Part shown: positions 39,719-49,924 of the stretch, piece after piece
How positions within the stretch are numbered: the first letter of the stretch is position 1
How the letters are laid out: the number at the start of each line of letters is the position of its first letter
Translations under genes and position numbers: made by a program
The notes under the pieces: generated by a model
The model's database searches: none
The model's input: the letters and a program-made list of their open reading frames with translations, nothing else
Told to the model about the DNA's origin: nothing
Assembly (NCBI GenBank): GCA_963777315.1
Contig: CAVZQC010000002.1
Span: 736,001-800,000, forward strand
Direction of reading: 5' to 3'
Length of the DNA: 64,000 bases
DNA from: Vulcanimicrobiota bacterium
GTDB taxonomy: Bacteria; Vulcanimicrobiota; Vulcanimicrobiia; Vulcanimicrobiales; Vulcanimicrobiaceae

Positions 39719-39829
39719 GGGCGACGGTAGAGCTCGCTGACCGGAAAAACGCCGGGATTGCGACGCGCGGATTCGAATAGGTGATGGGGATTCACAGACC
39801 TTCTTCGATGAAAGAAAGGCTCTTCGTAT

Positions 39830-40285
39830 ATGAAACGTTCAATCTCGATCGTGTTTGGGCTCTTCTTGACCGCAGGCGCGGGCGTGGCACTCGCCGCGAT
39901 GACCGCGGCTCCCGTTACGCTCAACCCCGCCAACTTGCATTGGATTGCGGGCACCGGTCCGGCTACGCGCTCTTCGAACGCAATTCTGTCCGGCAATCCG
40001 AATAAGTCGGGTATGGCCGTCATACGGGTGAAAATGCCGGACGGCTACACCAACCCGCCCCATTATCACGCGCACCCGGAATACATCACCGTCATGCAAG
40101 GGACGCTGCTGTTCGGGGTCGGCAACACCATAAACAAGGCAAAGGCGACGGTGCTGCCGACAGGCTCGTTTATCATGGTTCCGACCGGCGTCCATCACTG
40201 GTCGGTCGCCAGGGGCGAAACCATCGAGCAGGTCAGCGGTGAAGGCCCGCTGACGAACATACCGATCAAACGCGGCGCGATGTAA
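39830..40285 (+). CDS. Secreted cupin-domain protein
   Basis: Signal peptide; PHYH..EYITV..G, VHHW. Confidence 0.8.
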   Translation: MKRSISIVFGLFLTAGAGVALAAMTAAPVTLNPANLHWIAGTGPATRSSNAILSGNPNKSGMAVIRVKMPDGYTNPPHYHAHPEYITVMQGTLLFGVGNTINKAKATVLPTGSFIMVPTGVHHWSVARGETIEQVSGEGPLTNIPIKRGAM

Positions 40286-40300
40286 CCGCAAGAGGCACTT

Positions 40301-41221
40301 ATGCTGCACGCCATCGCGCTCGCTGCAGCGTTTGCAGCATTACAGCGTTCCGATTCTTCACCGGATCGCGCAGCGCTTGCGACAAAGCTCGCCCAAGCGA
40401 TCGCGAGCGATCAGCGCTTCATGCAATCCAAAGTCTATGTGGGCGCGTTGCCGCCCGGTGCAGCGCTGCGGGCGCCGCTCCCCGACTATCCCATACTGGG
40501 CAGCGTCGTCCAGACGGCGTCTAACGCGCGATTGGGGAGCGAGCCCACGACGACGGTGTATTATGAAGCGGCCGACGCGAACCGCGCGCTGGCCGTCTAT
40601 CAAAAGCGCCTCGTTTCGGCAGGCTGGCGCCCATTTCGCCTTTTCGATGCGTTGGAACAGCAGCATAGCGGTGGATTCGACGTCTCGGGGGCCGGGGCGC
40701 CGATGCCGGGCATGTATTGCGAGCCGAACGGCGGCGTAGCCGCCACTACGCGCGTGTACGGCATGTCCGGCGTTTTCGCCGTCGCCTTCGGTGCAGGACG
40801 CCAAGGCGTAGCGATGTGCGCTATGAACGCCGCATTCAGCGCGACCCCCAGCCCGCCGCCGCTTCCGCCGATTCCGACGCTGCGCGCGCCGGCCAACGTC
40901 ACGATGGAGTCCGCAGGCGCTTCGATCTCCGTGCGTTCCGAGTCGAATTCCGATGCCTTGTTGACGACGGCGTCGCCGATAGGGAGCGTCGGGGCCGCAT
41001 TCGCTCAACAAGTTATCTCGGCGCACTGGGCGGCGGACGCGCCGGCCCAAAGCACCTCCGCCTACGTCCAAACCTTTCACAGTATGAGCAATGGGCGCCA
41101 CTATCAAGCCGTGCTCACGCTGATAACCGCCGGCAAGACGCAGCAGTACGATGCATCCTTTCGAGTGCGCGATCTCGACGATACTACGCCCAACGGTTTT
41201 TCGTTTCCGGGCTTTCCGTAA
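40301..41221 (+). CDS. Secreted hypothetical protein
   Basis: GAGG RBS, signal peptide, Pro-rich linker. Confidence 0.65.
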   Translation: MLHAIALAAAFAALQRSDSSPDRAALATKLAQAIASDQRFMQSKVYVGALPPGAALRAPLPDYPILGSVVQTASNARLGSEPTTTVYYEAADANRALAVYQKRLVSAGWRPFRLFDALEQQHSGGFDVSGAGAPMPGMYCEPNGGVAATTRVYGMSGVFAVAFGAGRQGVAMCAMNAAFSATPSPPPLPPIPTLRAPANVTMESAGASISVRSESNSDALLTTASPIGSVGAAFAQQVISAHWAADAPAQSTSAYVQTFHSMSNGRHYQAVLTLITAGKTQQYDASFRVRDLDDTTPNGFSFPGFP

Positions 41222-41723
41222 GCGGCGCAGCTGAGTGCGTGCTAAACGACCCCAAGGATTGCGTTACCGGGGCGGTGCATGTCGGCGGCACGCCGTTGAA
41301 GTCGGTGTAGGTTTCGCTGAGCGCGTATGACGTTGCCGGCGAAAGCGTCGGGATCGGTGCGGCTACGTATGGCAGATCGCCGGACGCGCCGCTAGGCACG
41401 GCATGCGGACTCGGAAGCGGCGAGGGCGCAGCGGTATAGGCGCCGACGGGCACCGCCGTTCCGGCGGTCGAGACCATTGAGACCGCCGCATTGCCGTAAA
41501 ATCCTTGCGGCACGCCGATAAAGAGCAGCCGCCCCACGGCGATTGAAACATTCACGCTGCCGTTCTCCGGATACGACAGGAACAGCGTGGGCGGCGGCAC
41601 TGGTGGCGGCATTCCGCATGTCGGCGAGGGCGACGGAGCTGAGGCCGCGCCTCCGGCGCAGGCTGCGGGTATCGCGGCAAGCGCGATCAGCGAGAAAAGC
41701 GCGGCTCCCGCTCGTGGTCGCAT
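41184..41723 (-). CDS. Pro-rich putative lipoprotein
   Basis: IPAAC lipobox-like; PSPSP repeats. Confidence 0.6.
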   Translation of the reverse strand: MRPRAGAALFSLIALAAIPAACAGGAASAPSPSPTCGMPPPVPPPTLFLSYPENGSVNVSIAVGRLLFIGVPQGFYGNAAVSMVSTAGTAVPVGAYTAAPSPLPSPHAVPSGASGDLPYVAAPIPTLSPATSYALSETYTDFNGVPPTCTAPVTQSLGSFSTHSAAPLTESPETKNRWA

Positions 41724-41732
41724 GTCAGCCGT

Positions 41733-42923
41733 TTAGAGCGCAACGGCCTCGGGAAGCGCCGCGTATTCGTCGTCTTCCGGTATGGTGTGCGCGTTCGCCA
41801 TCTGTGCTATCAGCGCAGCGATCCGGCGCGAACTGCGTTTGGGTGCGACGAGTTCCTGATTGCGGCGCATCTGCGCTAGACGGCGTTCGTTCTTCACAAG
41901 CCCCTCGACCGCGCGCACGACCTGCGCGCTGCCCGCGATGGCCACCGCGCCGATGCCGTTGCGGCGCACGAAATCGACGTTTCCGCGTTCCTGTCCGGGG
42001 ACGTAATCGTAGATGACCACGGGCAGCTGCGCGGCGTTCGCCTCCGCGAGCGTGCCGGGACCGGCTTTGGTCACCAGCAGATCGGCAGCGCGCATGAGCT
42101 CGGGCACCTTGTCGGTAAAGCCCAGAATCGTCATCGGCGTGGGCAGCGACGGCGCCAAGTCCTCGATTTTCGCGCGCAGGGTTTCGTTGCGGCCGCACAC
42201 GACGACCAAGTGCATCGGAAGCTGCGCTTTGGCAAGGGCGAGCGTCGTCGTCATCAGTTTTCCGCCGCCTTCTCCGCCCGCCATCAGCAGCGTTATGAAT
42301 CCGCTCCGCGGCAAGCCCAGCGCGGCGCGCAACTCTTCCTTGGTACCGACCACGTCGTCGAATTTGGGATGGATCGGTTGGCCCAGCATACGCAGCCGCG
42401 AGGGAAAAACGCCCCGCGACAATGCACGCTCGTATACTTCGCGCGCCGGAACGACGATCGCATCGGCCGCAGGCGTTAGCCACGACTCGTGCACCTTGCC
42501 TAAATCGGTGATGACGGTGACGATGGGAACGTGGCGCATGTTGGCGTCAGCGCGCGCGCGAAGCGCTGCGTGATTGAGCAGCGGATGCACCGAAACGATC
42601 ACGTCGGGGCGATAGTTGACGAACAGATCGCGCAGGCGTTCGCGGTACAACGGCTCGCAGAAGCGCACGAGCGCCTTGTAACGGCGCCGCCCGTTGGTCG
42701 CATAGTACAGCGCCCCGTACACCGGCGGAGCATAGCGCAGCGCCGTCGAGTATCCCCACCCCAGCTGCGTGAGCGGAAACGAGCAGTGAGCGGCAACGTC
42801 GTCGATGCGATGCTCGAAGGATGCGGGACGCTGGATCTCGTCAAGGGCTGCCGTAATCGCATTGGACGCGCTGCGATGGCCGCCTCCGGTATCCGAGATC
42901 AAAAAAAGCGCTCGCTTGGTCAA
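41733..42923 (-). CDS. MGDG-synthase/UgtP-like diacylglycerol glycosyltransferase (GT28)
   Basis: SDTGGGH, SVHPLLNH, TVITDL, GGEG, TKAGPGTLAEA, PGQERGN. Confidence 0.9.
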   Translation of the reverse strand: MTKRALFLISDTGGGHRSASNAITAALDEIQRPASFEHRIDDVAAHCSFPLTQLGWGYSTALRYAPPVYGALYYATNGRRRYKALVRFCEPLYRERLRDLFVNYRPDVIVSVHPLLNHAALRARADANMRHVPIVTVITDLGKVHESWLTPAADAIVVPAREVYERALSRGVFPSRLRMLGQPIHPKFDDVVGTKEELRAALGLPRSGFITLLMAGGEGGGKLMTTTLALAKAQLPMHLVVVCGRNETLRAKIEDLAPSLPTPMTILGFTDKVPELMRAADLLVTKAGPGTLAEANAAQLPVVIYDYVPGQERGNVDFVRRNGIGAVAIAGSAQVVRAVEGLVKNERRLAQMRRNQELVAPKRSSRRIAALIAQMANAHTIPEDDEYAALPEAVAL

Positions 42924-43426
42924 GCCGTCCGTACCTCGTTCGAGCCGCTCAGCCGTTTCTTGGCAGGGCGCAAGGACGACAAGAGCGCCCGCGCCGGAGC
43001 ATCGTAAAAGCGAAAGATGTCGCCGAACTCGGTTTGCGGATTTCGGTGGTGGCCGTCGTGGTCCTCGGGAAGCACGATCTGCAGGGGCCGGCAAACCGTT
43101 TTCAGCCAAGTGGGCGTTCTCCATCCTATTTCGGTCGTATGCCGCCACCAGACGTGCAATTGACCCAAAAGTAGGCCGGCCAGCGCGCCCTGCCACGATA
43201 AGCGCCATACCAAAGCCGCTACGGCGATGTATGGGAGCGCGCCCAGCAATCCGTCCAGCAGCACGCCGGGATCGGCGCACAGCACGGCGTGGTGGCGATA
43301 CGGACGGCGGCGGTCGTGGTGCGTTCGCAGGTGCAGCCGAAACCATAGGTGCTGCGGCACATGGTAGAAGAACGTTGACCCAAAATCGCCGACGACGAGG
43401 ACGACAAGCGCTGCGACTGCGGGCAT
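42920..43426 (-). CDS. Sterol desaturase / fatty acid hydroxylase-like His-box protein
   Basis: YHVPQH, HLRTHH, HVWWRH, DHDGHH. Confidence 0.72.
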   Translation of the reverse strand: MPAVAALVVLVVGDFGSTFFYHVPQHLWFRLHLRTHHDRRRPYRHHAVLCADPGVLLDGLLGALPYIAVAALVWRLSWQGALAGLLLGQLHVWWRHTTEIGWRTPTWLKTVCRPLQIVLPEDHDGHHRNPQTEFGDIFRFYDAPARALLSSLRPAKKRLSGSNEVRTA

Positions 43427-43431
43427 CAGGT

Positions 43432-44082
43432 GTGGTCTTTCTCTTCCTTTGCTGTGCCTGCTCCGGACCAACCGGCGCGAGCAGGCGGAATACGACCGTA
43501 TACATACCCGTCGTAGTCGATAACGCCCTGAGCTGGCATGCGCCTGCATACGCACCGGCGATCTCGGGCATGCGGCCGCTGCGCGACGGTCCGCGCACCT
43601 CCAGCGCGATCTTGGCCGTTACGCGCAGCGTTCTGCACACCAATCCGCGCATCGGCGCGGTCGATGCGCTGCTGCTCGCCGGTGCCGCCGTGCGTGCGGC
43701 CCGCGCGAATGCATTGCCGCCCGAGTTCTTGGCCGCGGCGCTGTTGCAGGAGTCTGCGTTCGATCCGCGCGCGCTTTCGGCCGCCGGCGCGGTGGGCATC
43801 GCGCAGTTCATGCCCTCGACGGCCGCGGGCATCGGCGTGAATCCGTTCGATCCGTATGAAGCCATCGCGGGTGCAGCTGCTTTGCTGGCGTCGTACGTGC
43901 GCGCGTTTGCCGGGTATCCCAATCCGTACGTCGCCGCCTTGGCCGCGTACAACGCGGGTCCGGGTGCGGTTCAGGCCTACCACGGGGTTCCGCCGTACGC
44001 CGAGACGCGCGAGTACATCGACGACATCGCCGACCGCTGGGCAAAGATTGCCGGGGACGAGGCGCCAATACGCGGCAGATGA
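43432..44082 (+). CDS. Lytic transglycosylase (SLT domain)
   Basis: QESAF, SAAGAVGIAQFMP, ALAAYNAG, PPYAETREY; start uncertain. Confidence 0.85.
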   Translation: MVFLFLCCACSGPTGASRRNTTVYIPVVVDNALSWHAPAYAPAISGMRPLRDGPRTSSAILAVTRSVLHTNPRIGAVDALLLAGAAVRAARANALPPEFLAAALLQESAFDPRALSAAGAVGIAQFMPSTAAGIGVNPFDPYEAIAGAAALLASYVRAFAGYPNPYVAALAAYNAGPGAVQAYHGVPPYAETREYIDDIADRWAKIAGDEAPIRGR

Positions 44083-44564
44083 GCCAACGATTTCGTTCAA
44101 CGATCGCGGCGGTTTGCATCGCGCTGACCGCTGCAGCATGCGGCAGTCCCGCTTCGGGGATCACGTTCGACGCGCCCCAAGGCTGGAAATCGACGCCTGG
44201 AATGTTCGGCCGCTTCCAAATGTGGATCAACGGATCCGGTCAAAACGACCGGCAATTCGTCATCCTCGTCCGCGGCGATCAGAACATGCGCCTGGAAGAT
44301 TCGCAAAACATCAGCGGCACCGAGCGCATGCGCGACTTCAAACGCAATAACATCACGCTGTGCGGCTCGCAAAAAGGCGAGCATTTCGTCGGGCGCGGTG
44401 ACTCGCGTTCGGGCTCCACGCGCGTGCAAGAAACCGTCGAGGGCGTTACGACGACGATTGGAGACTCCAAATACGCCGCCATGTATATTCGTCCGACAGC
44501 CATGCGCCCCGACCCGCAGGCGCAATCGGCGCTGCGTTCCCTGTGTCCTAAACACAGCGGGTGA
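44079..44564 (+). CDS. Lipoprotein
   Basis: LTAAAC lipobox. Confidence 0.65.
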   Translation: MSQRFRSTIAAVCIALTAAACGSPASGITFDAPQGWKSTPGMFGRFQMWINGSGQNDRQFVILVRGDQNMRLEDSQNISGTERMRDFKRNNITLCGSQKGEHFVGRGDSRSGSTRVQETVEGVTTTIGDSKYAAMYIRPTAMRPDPQAQSALRSLCPKHSG

Positions 44565-45964
44565 ATCCGGTCGTGAAGCGGCTGATCGCGCGTCAGCCGC
44601 TCGCGTGGACGCTGCCGGAAAAACACGGACCGACGCTGCGGCGCGCTTTGGGATGGCGCTCGTTAACGGCGATCGGACTTGGGACGATGCTGGGCGGCAT
44701 TTTTCCCACGCTCGGCGCCGGCGCGCACGCCACCGGCCCCGCGGTCGTGCTGGCGTATGGCTTGTCGGGCGCAGTAAGTTTGTGCGTTGCGCTCTGCTAC
44801 GCCGAATTTGCCTCGATGGTGCCGGTCGCAGGCAGCGCGTATACGTACGCGTACGCGACGCTGGGCGAACTCGTCGCCTGGGTGATCGGCTGGGATCTCA
44901 TTTTAGAGTACGGTCTTTCGGTTGCACCGACCGCGGCATCGTGGTCGGACTATCTGCAGCATCTGATCGGCAATTTCGGCATGCATTTACCCGCATGGCT
45001 GCAAAACGGGAACGCGCTGAGCGCGCATCCGCATCTCGATCTTGCGGCAGCGTTGGTAACGCTGGGAGTAACGCTGCTGGTTGCGATCGGCATTCGCGAA
45101 TCGGCCGGCGTGAACGGCGCACTCGTCGTCTTTCAGATCGTCACGATGATCGTGTTTCTGGCGGCGGCTGCCGGCTCGGTGCACGCCGGCAATTTGCAGC
45201 CGTTCGCGCCCCACGGCCGGCACGGCATTCTCGCCGGAACCGCGCTGGTTTTCTACGCGTACATCGGTTTCGACACCGTTACCGTCGCTTCGGAAGAAGC
45301 GCGCAATCCAGTACGCGACGTACCGATCGGCATCATGCTCTCGTTGGTACTGGGCGTTGTCCTGTACGTTGCGCTCGCCTACGTGACGGTCGGCGTGATG
45401 CCCTCGGCGCGTTTGAGCGAAGGCGCGGCGATGCTCGACGCGGTCGGCGCGGCGCATCGGTCGCGCCTGATATACTGGATCGTCGCATTGGGCGGCATCG
45501 CCGGAAACACAACGGTGATGCTGACCTCGCTGCTGGGCCAAATTCGGATATTCTACGTCATGGCGCGCGACCGAATGCTGCCACCGAGTCTGGCGCGCGT
45601 GCATCCGCGTTTTCGCACTCCCGCGCGCATGACGCTCATTACCGGCCTGGCGGTGGCGGTTTTAGCGGCCACGCTTCCGTTAGGCGAACTGCTGGATTTC
45701 GTGAACATCGGAACGCTGTCGGCGTTCGGTATCGTCTGTCTTGGCGTAGTTGTGCTGCGCGTGGCGGCGCCGCGCGCGCGGCGACCGTTCCGCGCGCCGC
45801 TGGGGACGATGTTCGGCGTGCTGGGCGCAGCAGCGTGTTTTTATCTGATCTCGGGCTTGTCGTGGCCCACCTGGGTGCGCTTTGCCGTATGGTTCAGCGC
45901 TGGACTGGTTCTGTACGGTCTGTACGGATATCGCCGCTCGCGCCTGCGGACGGCGGCCGGCTGA
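44561..45964 (+). CDS. APC-family amino acid permease
   Basis: GTMLGGIF, GSAYTYAY, YAYIGFD, SEEARNP. Confidence 0.92.
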   Translation: MNPVVKRLIARQPLAWTLPEKHGPTLRRALGWRSLTAIGLGTMLGGIFPTLGAGAHATGPAVVLAYGLSGAVSLCVALCYAEFASMVPVAGSAYTYAYATLGELVAWVIGWDLILEYGLSVAPTAASWSDYLQHLIGNFGMHLPAWLQNGNALSAHPHLDLAAALVTLGVTLLVAIGIRESAGVNGALVVFQIVTMIVFLAAAAGSVHAGNLQPFAPHGRHGILAGTALVFYAYIGFDTVTVASEEARNPVRDVPIGIMLSLVLGVVLYVALAYVTVGVMPSARLSEGAAMLDAVGAAHRSRLIYWIVALGGIAGNTTVMLTSLLGQIRIFYVMARDRMLPPSLARVHPRFRTPARMTLITGLAVAVLAATLPLGELLDFVNIGTLSAFGIVCLGVVVLRVAAPRARRPFRAPLGTMFGVLGAAACFYLISGLSWPTWVRFAVWFSAGLVLYGLYGYRRSRLRTAAG

Positions 45965-46721
45965 ACACGTCGCGCAAAAATGCCTGCACCAAATCCCATG
46001 AGTCGGCGACGGCGCCCGCGATCGCTTCGTCGGAATATTTTTGATGTTCGACGATCGCCTCCGGACGCCCGTGGCGGAAAAACGAGTGCCCGACCTGCGG
46101 GTAGATTTGCATGCGAAACGATTTGCCGGCGTCCGTGAGCGTGCGCTCGATGCGATCCATGTCGTATCGCGAAACGTAGTAATCCTTTTCACCGAATACG
46201 AGCAGCAGCGGCACCGCTACCTCGTGTGCGTGTTCGATGGGCGGTTCGCCCCCGCCGGGCATCGACGTTGCGACGTTGCCGGGATAAAAGCAGACCGCGC
46301 CGCTGAGCTGCGAAAGGCCCGACGCAACGAACGCAGCAGTGCCGCCGAAACCGAAACCCCAGACGGCGATTCTGCCGGTTTTTACGAACGGCTGCGCGTT
46401 CAGCCAGTCTGCCGCCGCGGCGACGTCCGCGCTCAGCGTTCGCGCCGATACGTTTGCCGCCGCGGAAAACGCGTTGCGGCTGCCTTCTTCGGTGTAGGGT
46501 TCGGCGATTGCGGGATGGGTGCGATGGTAATAGTTGATCGATAATCCAACGTATCCGGCGCTGGCGAGCATGTCGGTCACGCGACGGATCTCGGGCGTAA
46601 ACCCGAAGACTTCTTGCAGCACGATGACTGCGGGATGCTGACCCGATTGCTCCTCGGGTCGCGCCAAGTACCCCGTCATCTGCGAGCCGTCGATGGAAAT
46701 GGTGACGTCCTGGCTGATCAT
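45894..46721 (-). CDS. Dienelactone hydrolase family protein lacking the nucleophilic Cys
   Basis: LQEVFG, WGFGFGG (canonical G-x-C-x-G-G), FGEKD, GHSFF. Confidence 0.85.
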   Translation of the reverse strand: MISQDVTISIDGSQMTGYLARPEEQSGQHPAVIVLQEVFGFTPEIRRVTDMLASAGYVGLSINYYHRTHPAIAEPYTEEGSRNAFSAAANVSARTLSADVAAAADWLNAQPFVKTGRIAVWGFGFGGTAAFVASGLSQLSGAVCFYPGNVATSMPGGGEPPIEHAHEVAVPLLLVFGEKDYYVSRYDMDRIERTLTDAGKSFRMQIYPQVGHSFFRHGRPEAIVEHQKYSDEAIAGAVADSWDLVQAFLRDVFSRPPSAGASGDIRTDRTEPVQR

Positions 46722-46820
46722 GCTCGAAAAGCTCCTTTCGCGGTTCAATATTCCCTCAGCTGCCCCCGCACCTGCAGGCGGCGACGAGGGCAGGCGGTTT
46801 TAGGGTAAGGGGCCTTTCAT

Positions 46821-47816
46821 ATGAACGTCGCGGCGGCATCGTCCGGGCGCCTGGCCATCATTCGCGGACCGCAGCCGGCGCAAAGCGCGTCGTTCGGCGA
46901 CGACGTACGCGCGGGCCTGTCGAGCGCGGAAAAGCACCTTTCCTCGAAGTATTTCTACGACGAGCTCGGATCGGCGCTCTTCGATGCCATTACCGTTTTG
47001 CCCGAATACTATCTCACGCGTGCCGAAACGGAGATTTTGCGTCAGTGGGGCTGGGAGATCGTACGCGCGCTCGGCAATCCCATCGAATTCGTCGAGCTGG
47101 GAAGCGGAAGCGCGATAAAGACCCGCATCCTGATAGATGAAGCGCTGCGGGTTCAGCGCAGCTTGCGGTACTCGCCGATCGACATATCGGGCGAAGCCCT
47201 GCGCGCGTCGGCGCAGGCGCTGGTCGCGGCGTACCCGTCGCTGACGGTCACCGCATACGCGGGCGACTATTTCGCACTGCTGGAAGCCGGAGGGCTGCAG
47301 CGCGAGAAACGCACGCTCGCGCTGTTCTTGGGTTCGAACATCGGAAACTACGAGCCGCAGCAGGCGGTACGGCTGCTGGCCGCGATCGCATCGTCGCTCA
47401 AAGCAGGAGATGGACTGCTGCTCGGAGCGGATCTCAAGAAAGATCCGCACGTGCTGCAGCTGGCCTACGACGATCCGGCCGGCGTGACGGCGGCTTTCAA
47501 CAAAAATGTGCTCGCGCGAATCAACCGCGAACTTGGCGGCACGTTCGACTTGCGCGACTTTCGGCACGTCGCAACGTACGACGATGAGTCGGGCGCGGTG
47601 CGCTCGTACTTGGAAGCGCTGCGCGCCCACGACGTGCGCGTCGAGGGCATCGATCTCGCCATTGCGTTCGGTGCCGGCGCGCGGATTCACACCGAATCGT
47701 CCTATAAGTATTCGATCCAGGACATCGCCCGGCTCGGAGCTGGAGCCGGTTTGCGTCTGGAACGCACCTGGACTGATTCGCAGGAGCGCTTCAGCGTCAA
47801 CCTTTTCGTCCTATAG
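46821..47816 (+). CDS. egtD: L-histidine N-alpha-methyltransferase
   Basis: KYFYD..GS.LF..IT.LPEYYLTRAE, ELGSGS, FLGSNIGN, AYDDPAGVTAAFNKN, TESSYKY. Confidence 0.92.
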   Translation: MNVAAASSGRLAIIRGPQPAQSASFGDDVRAGLSSAEKHLSSKYFYDELGSALFDAITVLPEYYLTRAETEILRQWGWEIVRALGNPIEFVELGSGSAIKTRILIDEALRVQRSLRYSPIDISGEALRASAQALVAAYPSLTVTAYAGDYFALLEAGGLQREKRTLALFLGSNIGNYEPQQAVRLLAAIASSLKAGDGLLLGADLKKDPHVLQLAYDDPAGVTAAFNKNVLARINRELGGTFDLRDFRHVATYDDESGAVRSYLEALRAHDVRVEGIDLAIAFGAGARIHTESSYKYSIQDIARLGAGAGLRLERTWTDSQERFSVNLFVL

Positions 47817-47839
47817 CCGTTGTATACTATAATGCGGAC

Positions 47840-49924
47840 ATGATCGTCCGCACTAGCGCATTATGCGCTGCATTGGTATTGTCGCTGTGTGCCGCCGTTT
47901 CGGCAGCCAGCCCCACGCGCCGTCCCGTCGCAGCCGAAGACATTTATCAGCTCCGGTTCGTCTCGGATCCGCAGATCTCGCCGGACGGTCTGCACGTCGC
48001 GTTGGTCGTTTCGCGTGCGAACGGACCGAAGGATCGTTACGATAACTCTCTGTACGTCGTCGATGTCCGAACCGGCCGGATTACGTCGATCGCCGGGGGC
48101 GGACGCGATTCCGATCCGGCGTGGTCGCCGAATGGGCGAACGCTCGCATTCGTTCGTGGACCGGCAAAGAAAGGTGCGCGGCCGCAAATCTTCGCGTATG
48201 CGGCGGCATCGGGCCGCGTCGAGCAGCTCACGCACCTCAAAGCAGGCGCATTCGGGCCGCGGTATTCGCACGACGGCACCCGCATAGCGTTCGGAACGGT
48301 CACCGTGGACCCACCGCACGCCGCCTACGTCGATTTCAAGGCTGCGGGTTTTACTCCCGGCAAGCAGCAACGCAAGAGCGACGTGCGGATCGTGCGGCAG
48401 ATGCATTTTGAAAACAACGGGCAAGGCTACACCTACGATCGCCATACGCACATTTGGGTGATGAATGCGGACGGAAGCGCTGCGAGATCGCTTACGGGGG
48501 GCACGCAGTGGTCCGAGGGCAATCCGCAGTGGTCGCCCGACGACCGCACGATCGCGTTCGATTCTTTGCGATACGAATCGCCCAGCGGCGGTCCGAACGA
48601 CGTGTACACGATCGCCGCTTCGGGCGGCGCCATGCACAAACTCGTTTCGAATCAGCCTGCAAATTATCTGTTGGCCTTCGATCGGCAAGGTTACCTGTGG
48701 TATTTTAGCGGCGGCGTTGCCGATCCGGCGCAGTTTCCGGCCCTCATGCGCGCCGCTCCCAACGGCGTTGGCGCGCGGACCGTCGTCGCGCGCAATCAGG
48801 TGCAATTCGGCGACACCGTGCTGGCCGACATGGGCGACCCCGGCGGGATGTGCGGCCCGCATTTTGCTCCGGGCGATCGTTTTGCAATCGCGGACTCCGA
48901 CGAACCCGGATACAGTGCCTTGGTCAAACTCGATCCGCGCAGCGGCGGGGTCAGCAGGCTCACTTCTGCCGGCGAAGCCGCGGAGTGCACGATGGACCGA
49001 GCGGGCCGAATGGTGGCCTACACGCTGTCGGACTTCACGCATCCGCGCGAAGTGTATCTGCTCGACCTTCGCACCGGCAAAAGCCGCGCGCTCACGCATT
49101 TCAATCGTGCGTACCTTTCTCGCGTGCAACTGTCGCAGCCGCGCGAATTTACGATCGCCGACGATGCGGGCTTTAGCGTGCAGGCGTGGTTCATGCCCGC
49201 AATCGGACACGGGCCGGGTGCGCATCCGACGATTTTGGACATCCACGGCGGCCCGCAGACGCAGTTCGGACAAACGTTCTTTCACGAGTTGCAGTATTGG
49301 GCGGGCCAAGGGTACAACGTCGTCTTTTCCGATCCCCGCGGCAGCGTAGGGCACGGATACGGTCTCGAAGCCGCGCTCAACGGTAAATGGGGCGAGGCGA
49401 TGTTCGACGACGTGCAGCGCGCCATGGATGCCGCCGTCCGGCGTCCCGGCGTGGACGCACACCGGCTTGCGGTCAGCGGAGGAAGCTACGGCGGATATGC
49501 GACGCTTTGGGTCGTTTCGCACACCGATCGCTACAAAGCCGCCATTGCCGAACGTTCGGTATCGAATTTGGTGAGCGAACAGCTCGCCGCGGATTTGGCA
49601 TCGAACAATGCATTTGGACTATTCGGCTCCTACGGCTTTGGCGATCCGTGGGACCCCAAGAGCGCCAATGCCGCCGAATCGCCGCTGACGTTCGTGCAGA
49701 ACGTTCGCACGCCGCTGATGATTTTGCATTCGTCGCAGGATATCCGCACGCCGGTCGATCAGAGTCTGCAAGAGTTCAACGCGCTCAAAATTTTGGGCAG
49801 CCCGGTGGAGTACGTCGACTTCCCCGGTGAGAATCACGACCTCTCGCGCACCGGAGCTCCGCTCCACCGCGTAGAGCGCTTACGGATCGAGGCACAATGG
49901 TTTGGGCACTACTTGCATCCATGA
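47840..49924 (+). CDS. Secreted S9-family peptidase
   Basis: Signal peptide, PD40 propeller repeats, HGGP, GGSYGG, D and H of the triad; TATAAT 6 nt before the ATG. Confidence 0.92.
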   Translation: MIVRTSALCAALVLSLCAAVSAASPTRRPVAAEDIYQLRFVSDPQISPDGLHVALVVSRANGPKDRYDNSLYVVDVRTGRITSIAGGGRDSDPAWSPNGRTLAFVRGPAKKGARPQIFAYAAASGRVEQLTHLKAGAFGPRYSHDGTRIAFGTVTVDPPHAAYVDFKAAGFTPGKQQRKSDVRIVRQMHFENNGQGYTYDRHTHIWVMNADGSAARSLTGGTQWSEGNPQWSPDDRTIAFDSLRYESPSGGPNDVYTIAASGGAMHKLVSNQPANYLLAFDRQGYLWYFSGGVADPAQFPALMRAAPNGVGARTVVARNQVQFGDTVLADMGDPGGMCGPHFAPGDRFAIADSDEPGYSALVKLDPRSGGVSRLTSAGEAAECTMDRAGRMVAYTLSDFTHPREVYLLDLRTGKSRALTHFNRAYLSRVQLSQPREFTIADDAGFSVQAWFMPAIGHGPGAHPTILDIHGGPQTQFGQTFFHELQYWAGQGYNVVFSDPRGSVGHGYGLEAALNGKWGEAMFDDVQRAMDAAVRRPGVDAHRLAVSGGSYGGYATLWVVSHTDRYKAAIAERSVSNLVSEQLAADLASNNAFGLFGSYGFGDPWDPKSANAAESPLTFVQNVRTPLMILHSSQDIRTPVDQSLQEFNALKILGSPVEYVDFPGENHDLSRTGAPLHRVERLRIEAQWFGHYLHP

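Noticed and set aside
41733..43952. 739-aa glycosyltransferase ORF
   Set aside because: The upstream 343 codons overlap the desaturase-like and SLT genes; GT motifs begin at about 42923
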